64,000 nucleotides of DNA from Eutreptiella sp. 'Long Island Sound 2002' (taxonomy: Eukaryota; Protista; Euglenida): the NCBI GenBank assembly GCA_964036045.1, contig OZ038378.1, forward strand, positions 173,910,001 to 173,974,000, read 5' to 3'. The position numbers and the translations under genes were made by a program. Below the pieces are notes generated by a model. That model worked only from the letters and a program-made list of their open reading frames with translations. It was not told the DNA's origin and ran no database searches. The number at the start of each line of letters is the position of its first letter. Within the stretch, counting starts at the first letter, position 1. This document shows, in pieces, positions 1 through 12,880 of this stretch.

Positions 1-1829
1 ACGGTTGGAAGTGGTCCGATAGTCCACTGCCACAATGGGACGGCACAGGAATGGGTGGCGTGTTTTCTTGTATGATACCTTATCCGGTATAGGCTGTGCA
101 GTGGGGCCAGGCCCGTTGCTGCTGCCTTGCTAGCGCCTCCCAGAAGGGAAAGGCCCTGCAGCCGCCGGTGGTGACAATTGAGGTCTCCTTTTGGGCGGTT
201 TGGGTCTTCATGGCTCTTTATAAATTGGGGGCTTACTCTCAAGGGATGGGCCGGGCTGGGAGGAAGGCACCCATCCCAACGTGGTCGACGGATTTGTACA
301 TGCACCACCTTGTTGTCCAAATCCATATTAGAAGATTAATTCACAGGACGCTAGCATTTCGCCAGTGACCACGCGGAGAACAATGGTGTTTTGTGGCAGA
401 GTGACAGGGTGGCCCTGTCCAAGGTGCGCCTTTGCGGTGCGTTTGCTGAAATTACACCCAAAGTACTGTTTGAGATGCCAGAGTGATTCTGGAGGGTCGC
501 GACCATCGCTTCATTATGGCCAAGCTACGGTCTGCAACAATCTGTGACGGCGCTTCCGCCGCTGTATTCTTGACAGTTCACTGAGGGCGTTTCCCAGAGT
601 GATCCCGGAGGGTGACGACCATCGTCACTTTATGGCCAAGGTGTGAAACGATATCTACATCCCCTGCACGTCTTTGTCATGGATATCCATACCTCACAGT
701 CCTCACAAGTCTTTTGTTTTGTTTCTCTCTTTTACCCGAAATAAAGCAGGTGAGACGCCGTCAAGGCATGACAGTCACATCCCGCTGCAGCCGCCGGTGG
801 CAGTGTACAAGTTTCAAGTATACATCCCACCGTCCTCTGATGGCATGTGGATCCTCCACACGGGATAATACATGCTGTACTTTATCTGCCACACAGATCC
901 GGTCCGTCTGACCGAGCGCTTACGAGGCACACGTAAGTCTGAGAAAAAAAACAATAAAACGGTGCGCCCTGTCCGAGCTGGCCCTTGTCCCAGCCATGCC
1001 TTGTCCATTACCCCCCCCCCCCACCCCTGCCCCTTGCAAAAACAACAGTAGGCGTTGTTTCGGCAACTTTTGGAACTTAATCGTCGTTCTCGCAAGGTAG
1101 GGGGGTACAAGCCCCACGTTATCCAAGCTATGCCTAGTTTATTCTAAGCTTTGTCCAAGCTGCGCTATCCTTATTGGGCACCAAAATTAGTTTAGTTTTT
1201 GTGTCACCATCAGAGGCCACCTTGTTTGTGGTATCTTCTGAAGTGTCCGCATGTACGCGAATCCAGTCTCTGCCAACCCAATGATCCAACCTGGCTCCCC
1301 CTCCCGAGTGTGTGTGGGGGGTGCATCACCACCCTTCACCACCATTTCCTGTTTCATGTTGAAACAGTCGTCTCCCACAGGGGGCTGATACTCTTGCTGA
1401 GAGCGGAGTCCTGTGGCAGACCGTCAGTTTGCGGTTATTTCCTTGTTTCCACTCATGTTAAGCACAATGTCACAAAGATCAAACAACATGACCCGCAAAG
1501 GTGTTCTGCTGGAAGAAATTGATGCCTCTGTCGTATGCGCGCACGATAAGCCTTGCCTAGCCTGGTCTACACCACACCCGTTGCTCCCTGTATGCTCCCC
1601 ATTAGTGACGTACCTCATTTCCAAACATTTTGCTTTTAGTGGAGTGCACTTGCTGTGTGTTAGGCTCGGCCGTCCTGAGCAATGCTGTATTTGGGCTGAG
1701 GCTTTGTGTAACCTGAACCAAGAAGGGTTCCTGGAGTGCAACAGAAGCCCAAAATGCCCAATCGATCCAATGTCCAACAGTATCCAACATGTTGATTGTG
1801 GTGCAGTCAAATCAGTAGCCAGCGTTGTA

Positions 1830-2265
1830 CCCCCCCCCCCCCCCTTGTCTAAGCTACGCCCTTGTCCAAGCTACAGTAGGTCTGTCGGTGGGGACCTATT
1901 GCTGAACTTTCCACTGTTCTATGGCCAAGCTACAGTAGGCGTAGGGACCGTATTAATTTGGTACCTAATTTTAATTCGGTACCAAATTTAGTGCAACCAC
2001 ATAAGACATGGGTTTGACGAATTTGCCGGGTACATACGGTCATGTACACATTTGTTGTGAGTGTTTGCCCACTTGAACCCACATAACTCTGATTTTGGGG
2101 GTATTTGTGCATTATATTCCCCCTTCTTGCACTAGCTCACCATGCAATACGTGTGTGTCGGTAGTTGTATATGTCGCGCGCAAGCTACGCCCGTGTCCAA
2201 GCTACAGTAGGCGTAGGGACCGTATTAATTTGGTACTTTGGCGTAGCTTAGACAAGGGGGGGGGG
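1830..2265. mobile_element. MITE-like element with terminal inverted repeats and TA flanks
   Basis: Left end Cn-TTGTCTAAGCTACGCC (1830-1860) is the reverse complement of right end GGCGTAGCTTAGACAA-Gn (2240-2265). TA lies on both sides (1828-29, 2266-67). An internal direct repeat CCAAGCTACAGTAGGCGTAGGGACCGTATTAATTTGGTAC occurs at about 1925 and 2197. Related end fragments occur at about 1125-1165, 3120-3145 and 3950-4010. Confidence 0.7.
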
Positions 2266-3218
2266 TACGTTACTGTCTCTAGGGTCTTTAGTTCCGAAAG
2301 GTTTGCACAGTATTGCATGAGGTATCCCCACATCCCTGCAAGGGCTTGGTGTGCTGGTGTGGTCCATGTAATGTGATTCTCCTTGCCCAGCGCGTCATGC
2401 CCAGACTTGTACGCCACAGCAATGTCCCATAAATGCAAAAGGTGAGCAACATGTGCTGGCCTGAGGCAAGAAACAATTCATCTGCTGCACATACCCTACA
2501 AGTACAGCCTCTCCCTGCAATGAGAGGTATCAAATGTGATTGTCCAACCAGTGTGTTCCTTCAGCCTGTCTCTTAAGGGTTCAATTGATTTGGGCACCTG
2601 GGGGCACCCTGGCAGGAGTGGAAAGAGCACAGTGGGCAGTATGTGTTCTGTGTTAGGGGCAATAGGTCGTTTCTGGGATAATTGCCTCAAAGTTGTGCGT
2701 GGTGCACGCACGATATAAGTGCTGTGTCTTGCCCCCCTGCCGAAAATGGTGCAGAGCCCAGAAGGAGTCAAACGAAAGGACAAAAGGGAAAGAATCAGTG
2801 TGGTTGTTAGAAGTCCCTTTCATGAAAATTATCCTGCAGATGCACACACCAGCGCGCACAAGTCAGTGCTGGAGTCAGCAAACCCAGCATGGACTCGGCG
2901 TGTGCATCTGGATGCACCTGGTCAACGGCACGGGCAACCGCCCGTCTCTGGGACAGCTGACCCTGGAGTAGTCATACAGGGCAAGTCATCCAAGGGCTCC
3001 GTTGATACAAGCAAAACACGTTCGGACCCACAGAGGGTCAGAATGAGTGGCGAGAGGCCAATAGGCGCCGCCAAAGGCAAACCAACCAACACCATGGCCT
3101 TGTGCCAACCCCCCCCCCCCCCCCCCCGCCCCTGTCTTAGCTATGTTTAGCCGCAGTCACTGAGAGCCAAAGGAGTGCTTGAGTACAGTGACAGTGGCTG
3201 GCAGGACAGACAGTAAGT

Positions 3219-3710
3219 CCCCCCCCCCCCCTTGTTGTTCCCCACCCCTTGTCGTTCCCCGGAGGGGGGGGGGGGGGCTGGGGGACCGTCACTTGGTCAA
3301 CACAAAATTTTTCGTTGCGGCTCATTGTTGTGTGGGTGACTGTGTTGTCTGCTTGCGCCTGCCAAGCCTCCTACCAAGAAGGCAAAACCACCACCCAAGA
3401 GTGCTGCCCAAAGCATTCCAGTGGAAGGTGGAGAGCATGTGCAAGAGTTCAAGGTGAGGAGCAGGACCAAGAAATTTTACACCGAGCCGGTCAAGGAGTA
3501 GGTCTCCGTACATTGGCAGCCCTTTGAACGCATCCTATGCTGAATTCTTTCGTTTTATGGTTTTATGGTGCAATTTCTGTGCCTGCAAATGTGCGTGTAC
3601 GGTGGTGGTGCGGTCCCCGAGGGGGGTGGGGGACCGTCACTTGGTGACCGTCCCCCAGGGGGTGGTGGGCGACCGTCTTCCCTGGGGTGGGGAACGACAA
3701 GGGGGGGGGG
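3219..3710. mobile_element. MITE-like inverted-repeat element
   Basis: Cn-TTGTTGTTCCCCACCCC (about 3219-3248) pairs with GGGGTGGGGAACGACAA-Gn (about 3683-3709). The motif GGGGGACCGTCACTTGGT is repeated internally. Confidence 0.5.
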
Positions 3711-4227
3711 AGGTAGTATGCAGGCACCTCTGGTGCCGCCGCCTCGCATATCTTTCTAATTGTGCCAACGATGTTTGATTGTAGATATGGATGCCAGAGT
3801 GACGGATGGATAATTGGTGTTCACCTAGATTGTTCATAGCATATCCCTTCGGACACCAGAACTGATGCAGTGTGAATGATGATTGCACCGTGTCTTTAGT
3901 GTCTTTAGTGTTGCTCTCGCAAGGGGGGGGGGGGGGGGGGCTACAGAAAGGAATAGGGACCGTGTTAACTTGGGACTTTTCCGTAGCTTAGACAGGGGGG
4001 GAGGGGGGGGCTACTGTGGTGTGCAGCCATGTGCTGCACCCGGGTGGTATACTGTTGTTGGGAGCCAACATGGCTCAGCTAAATTTCACATTGCAACGCG
4101 CACACCTTCGCAACGTTGCTTTTTTCAGCGCAAAGTCGTTGGTCTCTGTACCGCTGCACGCACCATCTCTTGCCCCTTTGTGGTCCCGCTTTGTCAGTGT
4201 CAGTGTAGGATGTCAGCAGCATGACAC

Positions 4228-4464
4228 ATGGGGCAAGATGACACCTTCTTGCCACCAAACACATTCGCTGTCGATGAGATCGCCTCATGCCTGTTTGCAT
4301 GTCAGACCCAGATCGGCCGTGTCAGCCACAATGCTGATGAAGCACATGGCCTTGTAGGGCGCCTGCTAGAGGCTGCCAAGGAGGAGGCCACCCATGCCTT
4401 GAGCGCCGCCCATGAGGAGCTCAAAGCCATCACGCATGTGTTCGATGTGATTGGCAAAGTCAAG
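4228..4464 (+). CDS. Probable internal exon (helical/coiled-coil), likely upstream part of the cyclase-like gene
   Basis: Open frame MGQDDTFLPP...EAAKEEATHALSAAHEELKAITHVFDVIGKVK with coding-like codon usage, an upstream AG and a downstream GT. Exact borders and linkage are uncertain. Confidence 0.4.
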
Positions 4465-4818
4465 GTCCAAGCCTTTGCTTCGTGGAGCGTACACCCTATC
4501 CCCAAGGGGGGCGTGCCGCCTTTTTTCAGAACGGTGGGTGCCTCCTTCCGATGGGACCGCCCCTGCCTGTGAGAAAACCGCTTTTTCAAACACCAGCACA
4601 AAGGACAGCATGGTCTATGGCAGCGTTCGGAATATCAGAGCCTGCTTGGTGTTACACACTTGGTATGCGTGATACTGGCAGTGATACCAACTGGGGGCAG
4701 TGGGCCAACCTTGTGCAACACAGAATTCCGTTTCTCCCTACCACAGAAGTCCCATGAATTGCATGATTCATGCGTCATCCCACATACACGAATGGTCCTC
4801 CTGTGCCCCTGTCCGCAG

Positions 4819-4855
4819 CCACGTGAGAGAAGTAGCAACAAGTGCCCTTGACAAG
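4819..4855 (+). CDS. Possible micro-exon (HVREVATSALDK)
   Basis: CCGCAG| acceptor and AAG|GTAC donor. It ends in phase 0, compatible with the exon at 14942. A diverged duplicate lies at about 5763-5830. Confidence 0.3.
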
Positions 4856-4980
4856 GTACAAAGCCCGAACAGCAACCATGGACACAAGTGGACACAAGTG
4901 GTTTGTACACTACATAACGTGCTTTACTACAACTCCAACTCCAACCCCCTCTCTCCCTCCCTCCATCCGCTAAAGTTGTA

Positions 4981-5386
4981 CCCTGGGGTGGGGGTAGGTT
5001 CCGGAAAAAACGGATATCACGAGGGGGTTTGCAACCCCCCTCCCCTTTTCACAAACTGCGGTGTGGGGGAGGGGTTTAAGGGCATTTTACGGCGCCACCC
5101 CCCTGTTTTTCTGAATATTGCCCATGGTGACACACTTTTTGATCTCTGATGAGCATTCTTCCAAAAGCCAAAGGGCATCCCCTTAGGGGCTAGGGAAGGG
5201 TCAATGCATTGCCCTCACGCCGTTGTGCGACACAATTCAGTTGTTTCCCAAACCCCCTGTTTATGCCCCTGCACAGCGAAAACCCCTCTTCGCCCCCCCC
5301 CCCCCCCAGCTTTTTTAAAATTTGGATTGGAGGGGGTTTTAATAATGTCATCCGATTTCTGAGAACCCTCCTCCCCACCTCTGGGT
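4981..5386. mobile_element. MITE-like element with imperfect TIRs
   Basis: CCCTGGGGTGGGGGTAGGTTCCGGAAAAAACGGAT at the left resembles the reverse complement of ATCCGATTTCTGAGAACCCTCCTCCCCACCTCTGGG at the right. Confidence 0.4.
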
Positions 5387-5869
5387 GCACCGGTCGCAAA
5401 CACTGTGTGGCAAAGACATTTAAGTAGGTTCGAAGGAAATGAATTGTTCGAGATGTGGAATGGGGACCCAAGGACCCTACTGGAGCACGGGAGGGGCCCA
5501 AGAACCCGGATGCGGCACCCAAGGACCCCAACGCTGCATTGGAAGGGACCCATGGACCATGGGAGGGTACTCAAGGGCCCCAGTGCTGCATGGGAGGGGA
5601 CCCAAAGATCCCAGCATTCTTCATGATGCAAAATGGGAAGGGCCCTTAGAACCCCAGTGGAAAATGAGCTTAGTGTGCACGCACAGGGCGCTGGGGCAAA
5701 TGCCTGAGAAGGGTCAGGCCGTCAACATACAATTGCACTGTAGGAAGCAGCGGGGAACCTCGGTCTGCGGCCCAAGAAACGGTAGCACGTGCCCTCGGTC
5801 AGGTACAAAGTCCGAACAGCAGCCACATAAATGGTTCCTGGGTCGGCAGTTTGAAGGCTCCCTCACTCA

Positions 5870-6524
5870 CCTCCCTCCCCTCCTCCCTTCCTCCCTTCCT
5901 CCCTTCCTCCCTTCCTCCCCTCCTCCCCTCCTCCCTTCCTCCCTTCCTCCCTTCCTCCCTTCCTCCCTTCCTCCCCTCCTCCCTTCCTCCCTTCCTCCCT
6001 TCCTCCCTTCCTCCCTTCCTCCCTTCCTCCCTTCCTCCCCTCCTCCCTTCCTCCCTTCCTCCCTTCCTCCCCTCCTCCCCTCCTCCCTTCCTCCCTTCCT
6101 CCCTTCCTCCCTTCCTCCCTTCCTCCCCTCCTCCCTTCCTCCCTTCCTCCCTTCCTCCCTTCCTCCCCTCCTCCCTTCCTCCCTTCCTCCCCTCCTCCCT
6201 TCCTCCCTTCCTCCCTTCCTCCCTTCCTCCCTTCCTCCCTTCCTCCCTTCCTCCCCTCCTCCCTTCCTCCCTTCCTCCCCTCCTCCCTTCCTCCCCTCCT
6301 CCCTTCCTCCCTTCCTCCCTTCCTCCCTTCCTCCCCTCCTCCCTTCCTCCCTTCCTCCCTTCCTCCCTTCCTCCCCTCCTCCCTTCCTCCCTTCCTCCCT
6401 TCCTCCCTTCCTCCCTTCCTCCCTTCCTCCCCTCCTCCCTTCCTCCCTTCCTCCCTTCCTCCCTTCCTCCCCTCCTCCCTTCCTCCCTTCCTCCCTTCCT
6501 CCCTTCCTCCCTTCCTCCCTTCCT
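5870..6524. repeat. Octamer microsatellite (CCTTCCTC/CCCTCCTC)n, left block
   Basis: About 650 bp of near-perfect polypyrimidine 8-mer, seen directly. Confidence 0.97.
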
Positions 6525-9500
6525 CTCTCCGCAGGGAACCCATAACGCCTCAGGAGAGGCGATGTGTTTACACGGCATTATCACAAATTCCACAGGTACA
6601 GGACGACAACAGACAGTGAAGAGAACCAGAGACGTGGTGCGCACAGGTGCGACAAGCAAGCGAACAAACAAGCAAGATACACAACAGCAAGAAAAGGAAC
6701 ACAGACACAGGCAAAAGGAAATAAGACCAGGCGCATGAACCTGGCACCTGATATGACAGCGCAAAGACCTGCCATAGTACGCAGGCATTAAGACCCGAGA
6801 GATGAAACGGGCAGGCATACCACAGGGCACACAACACACTCCAACACACATCGGCCCAGCGCAACAACACTGGTATGTTACTCAGGACGCACAAGCGGAA
6901 GCTGGCGATCCGGTAACAAGGCCAAGAGGCAGCGATTCGAACACCGCAATGGTGGAGTCGACGCGCATGAGCAGCCAAGCGGCAGCCCGCGAACGGCGTG
7001 ATCATGGCCCGGAAAGCCGAAAAATTCAATGACAGACCGCAGATGCCATAGAGAGAATGAGAGACAATCATAATACACACAATAAACATATGGATACACA
7101 CACAGAGGGGACAAGCACAAAGCACAGGGGGCAAGAAACAACAAGGGGCACCACGCAACCCCACACCCTCATACAGATCCACATGGCGTCGGTCCCAGGG
7201 TCCCCAGGACAGCTCGCCAAAGTCCTCACACTGAATACATTTGTCCAGTGGGGAGACACAGAAGTGCGCCAAGGAAAAGAGCTGATTCAATGGACATCAG
7301 TGGACGATGAAGAAAGATGGGTGGACCTGGCGATTGCCATGCATGAAGGGGCGGTGCCAGCCAAACTATTGGCACTTTACACCATACCAAAGGAGGGACT
7401 CACGGACACAGCCAGGGCTGCCATGGCCCTACGGGACGAACAGGTATGTGTCCAATCCTACCACGCAGCGCTGGAGGCCATCACGGAAGAGCAAGTCACG
7501 GGGCTCCAAAGAACAATGAAATGAGTAGGAGCGGACATGCAGACATTGGAAGGATTGGGAGATCACCACCAGCTGGCGGTAGCACAAGAAGTCCAAAGGA
7601 TGGCCAAAGGAGAAGGAAGTAAAGTGATCGGCAACAAACACCTCCAAGTGGGAGGAGAACAAAGTACACACCAAGCATGGAAGAAGCACATAGCCAACGT
7701 GGCGCGCATGGCTGGATTTGTGGCAAAAAAGCTTGAGGCGGACAAGCCACCAAACAAGAAGCCAGCGGTGGAGCCCGAAGATGAAAGGGACATATACATC
7801 CAGCGACTTCTTGATGAACAAGCAGAGCTGGTAACACAATTGGAAGAGCAAAAGAACAAGCGCCAGACAAGGGCATCGCCGAGCAAAGAGGAGCTGACAG
7901 CAAAGCTGAAGCAAGCAGAAAAGGCAGCGGCAAAAGCACAGAAGGATCAACAAAAAGAAAGACTACGACAGCAGTTGGCGGCGATGGAGGAAGACAGCTC
8001 TGAATCTGAAGATGAGACGGACCGCTTGATGAGACTGCTGCAGAGCAAAAAGGAAAAGCACAAGGCCAAGGACCAAGATCAAGCAGGCGATGTGGGGAAA
8101 AAGAAAGGGGGCGAAAAAGAGAAAGAAACGGATATGAGACGAATGATCCGCAACCTCAAGCGCAAACGAGAGCCGGATGAGGATGAAGAAGATAGCGAGG
8201 ACAACAAATACGTGGACATCAGGGAGGAACAGCAAGTGCTGAAGGTGATACAGCTGACAGGAATACGCTGCAGCAACCCCAACCGAGTGGCACAATTCAT
8301 CAATGAAAAGTTCAAATTCCACAACCTGGCGGACATGTGGCCGGCACTATGTGCTGTGGTGGATGGCAGAAGTGAAAGACCGCTGCTGCTGGCGGTGGAT
8401 GCGGCCAGCTATGAGGCATACATGGGAGGAAGAACGATGAGGCAAGCAGCCCTCAAAGGAGTGGCCATGTCCATGAAAGTAGAAGAGTGCCGATGGGGTA
8501 CAGTGACATGCCACATAGCCAAGGATCAAGCCACACCGGTAACGAGAACAAGGCCAAGCAAAGGAGGAGACCCGGCGATCAACATCACGTCAGCAGGTCT
8601 CAGTGGGACCCTGGGCCGACTTGTTATCCTCACAATGGCGCCACACACACCCACAACACCGTTCATATCTATATGGGGGATGGGGGAACAAGAACACACA
8701 GGGGGACCAGTCATGTTTGATATGCACATAGACGAGCACATGCTGAGACAGGCAGTGCAATATAAAGGGATGTGGGTACAGAAGGGTGGCACCAGGGCCT
8801 ACACAGCGGAGGCAGCGAGTGCAGGCAACAAGCCAAAGCACACCATGCAAGTAGGGGGGAGCCGGCCACTGCACCCAGGGGTACTGGACACCCCGGGAAT
8901 GTCCATGGCATGGGAGTATCGTCGCACCACGAGTGGGCGGCCACAAATGGGCCAAACCCTGAAACAACCACATGGACCAGTGGTGAACCCCCGCATGCAC
9001 CCCTGGATGATCACGGGCAATGAACGCACACAAGTGGCACACAGGGTGGCCATAACCACTCTGGGGCTGGAATGGCACATGAACCCAGATGGTGTCAGCA
9101 GGCACTAGAAGAGCATCCAGCAACGAGGTCGGCCACAACACATTACACTCACAGCACAAGCACACAGGGCGGAGACGGTGCACACAGTACAGTCAGGGGA
9201 CATGGAGTTCGGGGGAGCCATGTTTCGCCTACAAATATCCCACAATTGGTGGGGACACTATGGAGTGCAAAGATACACTGCACAGGGGATCATGGGAACG
9301 GCAGGGGAATGGGTGCTGCCAGCATATGATGTATTTGTACTACAGTGGACCATCCTGCGCAAAAGAGTGTGGCGCAGAAAAGATGGTGGTAAAGGAAGGA
9401 AATGTGCACAGGTGTGGGCGAGCATGAAAGGCAATGAGAGAGCCTTGTTTGAAGAGTGGGCCAGGGCCTGGGGCACAAAGGAGGAGGATATATCCACAAT

Positions 9501-9649
9501 GGAACTGCGATGCACAATAACACACAGCGATGGGCACACCATCTGCAGTGCATACCTGCACCCACAAACACAACTGCCCCAGATGCACTATACGACATCC
9601 ATATGGAGTGGGATGCCTAAGATCTTGTCACAAGGGCGGGGAGGGAAGG

Positions 9650-10245
9650 TAATCATAACAGGCATGTTTGTCAATGCGCAAAGCATGACGGCAAGCAAAT
9701 GGCAAGAGATAAAGACAATGGCACTACGGAACAGAGCCACCCTTGTGGCGGTGGCGGAAATATGGGGGGTGGAGAAACGAGACCCCCTGTTCATGGGGTA
9801 CAAGAGGCGAATATCCAAGCACATGGGGATCGGGAAGGGGATTGGGGTGTGGATGCATACAGATAGGGTCACGCACATGGAGAAAGTGCATGACGACAGA
9901 TGGGCCATGGCTGTGTTGGCACGAATGGCACACCACACCATACTACTCATAGTAGTGCACATGCCACAACGCAATGCACCAGGTGACTACGCCAAGTGCC
10001 TGCAAACACTCACGGCAGTGTACGCATTGCATGCATATGCGCAGTGTATCATATGTGGTGATTGGAACAGATATGTCCCCACACACACACCCACAGCACA
10101 GTGGATGCAGGACAGAAGAATGTACGCGCACACCACAGGACATGAGGCGAGAGACCATAAAGACTGGGTGATCACGTCCCAGGCCATGGAGCCAGATGTG
10201 GTGCACTACAGTGGGGGAGTGGCGGACCATCCGCTGGTGCAGTTT
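9650..10245 (+). pseudogene. Apurinic-type endonuclease (APE/EEP) domain of the LINE
   Basis: Motifs FVNAQ, VAVAEIW, GIGVWM, VVHMP, ICGDWN, KDWVIT and VADHPLV match the conserved N, E, GDFN, D and SDH blocks. Confidence 0.85.
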
Positions 10246-11119
10246 AAGGTGAGGATGGGGAGGGGGTGGGACAGTGACACCGCACCGGTGGGACACAAGC
10301 CCACGGGAGTCAATGCGTGGGGACCGGGGGACAGACAGAGTTGGGGCACGGTGATGGAGTGTATCAGTGGGGCAGGACTCACTGTGCAGCAATGGGTGGC
10401 CATGTACCGGGAGGTAGTGGCAGCAGTGGATGAACTACGGGTGCAAAGGCAAGCAGAACAATCCATCCGAGAGGCCATGCAACAGGAGAGTCAGGGGGGG
10501 GGGAGGGGGGACGGGGAATTGGGTGGACGTGCCGGAGGTGCTCACCATGCTCCATGATAAGGTATGGCTGGCGAAAATGCAAGAACGCCATGTCCTGGAA
10601 CATATACAGCAAACGGGGGCCACCACCAAAATCCTGAGGATCAAGAAAGCAAGCAAACTGGTCCAGCTTACCAAGGTATGGGACACCATGACACACACAG
10701 TGGCCACGGGAGAGAAAGTGAAGGAGGTGGTGGCGAAAGAGGCACAGAGAAAAAACACTCTGCCAACAGCCAACCCAAGTGTGGAATGGGTCAGCAGGCA
10801 CACACCAACGGGAGAAGACAGGGGATGCTATGACAAAGTGACCAGAGTAGAGAGGGCCAGGGTGACAGAAGAGTCAGCAGGTGAGGTGAGACACACGCTG
10901 GGGTACCCCATGCAGTATGGTGAGGGCAGGGAGCTGGCAAGGGCGCAACGCAACCTAACGGTAGCGGCGGATGGGGTGGCGGCAGGGCTGTCCATCCACG
11001 CAGAGCTGGCATACCAGCACATGCAGGCGAGGGTTCTGCTAACCCCCATTGACAAACTGCCAGCAGAATGCACCAGATTTTTGCACCTGCCTTTTGAAAA
11101 ACAGCCTGGTATCGTTTTA

Positions 11120-11870
11120 AACAAACACACACGACCCATCATGCTGGGATCGGCAATACCCAAGCAGGGGCAGAAGCTGCTCCTCATGAGGAGCCAGCGG
11201 TACAACACCCCGGAGGACCTGCACATGTTGCAGCATGCAATCTTAAAGGGCCTGAACTGCCAGCACTTGCGGCGGCTAACCTACACCAGCATCTTCACAC
11301 AGCTAAGGGATACAGGGGAAATCTGGACCTCAGCAATGGGTATGGGCAGACAGACAGGGAACTGGTGACCAAACAGGTGGCGCAAGGGGGGAATCTGCAA
11401 TGGGCATGGAGGCAACAGAGCCAACTGTATGCACGCATCACAGCCTACGTGGTGACGGCCATGGGCCTCTCCATGGCATACTCAGTGACGGGGGGACTGG
11501 TACAGGGTGGGGGCATGGACCCCTATTTTTACATCTGGAATTCTCTGTTTCTGGCAGGACCAGGGATCGGGGAGGGGGGGATCTCACTGAGACTGTGGGA
11601 GTCCATGGCACGCCTACACATACAGTGTGTGGTGGATGATACCACACTATGGGGGGCCACGACGCAAGGCCTACAACACAGCGTGAACAGAACCATAGCA
11701 GTGCTCAAAGCCATGAATGCGGCGTGCAACCCCGACAAGTTTGGCCTCATCCATTATGCATACCGCAACCACAAAATCACACCACGGGCCTCCACCATCC
11801 AAGTGGAAGGAACCACGGTACACGCGGCCAAGCGTACCAAGTACATCAAATTCCTGGGGGGCAATGCAAA
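11120..11870 (+). pseudogene. Reverse transcriptase domain of the LINE (frameshifted at about 11310)
   Basis: TRPIMLGSAIPK (domain 2), LDLSNGY (motif A), GLVQGGGMDPYFY (motif B), CVVDDTTL (motif C, YADD-equivalent), ACNPDK and IKFLG. Confidence 0.85.
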
Positions 11871-12437
11871 TGTGCTCACGGCAGCGGGGGAAGACATCCA
11901 GGGAATAAGGAAACATGCACGCCACATCACAGCACAGACATGCAGGCATGTACCCTCGCTGGCCATATTGAAGGCCCTAGTGGCCGGATGCATACTGGCC
12001 AGATGGCTATACAAGCGCAGTGTGGGGTGGCCGCAGCATGTCAATGGGAGGGGGCATGCAGGGGAAACCAAGACAGTACTGGGCATCATGTGCAACACCA
12101 TGCGGCGAACACTATACCTACCCCTGAAAACCCCCAAGCAATTTTTTGTGCATGCAAAAGGCTTGGCGGTGACACCACCACTGCAAGCATTTTGGGAAAA
12201 CAATCTGATGGACATGTACAAAACAACAAATGCCAAACACCAATGGGTCAGGGAAACCACCCAAATGGCAATCATCCGGCCGTGGGGAGGAATGGGAACG
12301 CTACGGGGGGTGGATACAGACTATGACAAGCTATACCGATGGTGCACGGAGCACCAATGGAAACCGGTGATACACCATGAGGGAGCACAGTGTGACACAT
12401 GGGAATGTCATGCAAGCGTGAAAAGCATACCACACAG

Positions 12438-12880
12438 AGTACTAGTAGTAGTGGGGGATGTGAGTGGCAAACAAGGAGAGACGATATGGGGCCTGGGGGC
12501 AGTGGCCAGTGACCTGCATGGCACCATAGTGTGGGAAGGGCAAGCATGGATGGATCTCATGCATGGCAGCACAGATGTACTGGAAGCCACTGCAGTGGTG
12601 GAGGCATGCAAGGCGATACATAGGGCGACGAGCACCAGAGGGGAGAGCGTCGACCTGGTGCTGGCCTTTTGTGACCACAAAGGGGCGGCAACAGCCCTGG
12701 CACACCACACACTCACACACAGGGGGGGCAACCTCATGGATCGCACAGTGTGTGACTTCTACGACTTAGCACAGAGCATGCCACTCAGAATGGGATGGTG
12801 CCCAGCATAGCACGACACACAGTTACAAGGCGTGCTAGCCATGGCCAATAAGGCAGCGGACACCAAGGCCAAACGAGCAC
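12438..12880 (+). pseudogene. RNase H domain of the LINE
   Basis: D-E-D-D pattern VVGDVS / VLEATAV / AFCDHK / WCPA*H...ANKAADTKAK, with a TAG inside the His loop. Confidence 0.75.

Noticed and set aside
5180-5200. Telomere-like TTAGGG and the (GGATTT)n run at about 54187-54218
   Set aside because: These are an isolated hexamer and a short microsatellite, not a telomeric array.
5799-6851. Long ORFs encoding EGRKGGRE or LPPFLPSS repeats (also 14323-15423)
   Set aside because: These are translations of the octamer microsatellite, not genes.
6562-12810. Stop-codon reassignment to explain in-frame TGA/TAG in the LINEs
   Set aside because: Host ORFs end normally at TAG (HECT, EamA) and TGA (cyclase-like) and have no internal stops. 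C-to-T decay explains the LINE stops.
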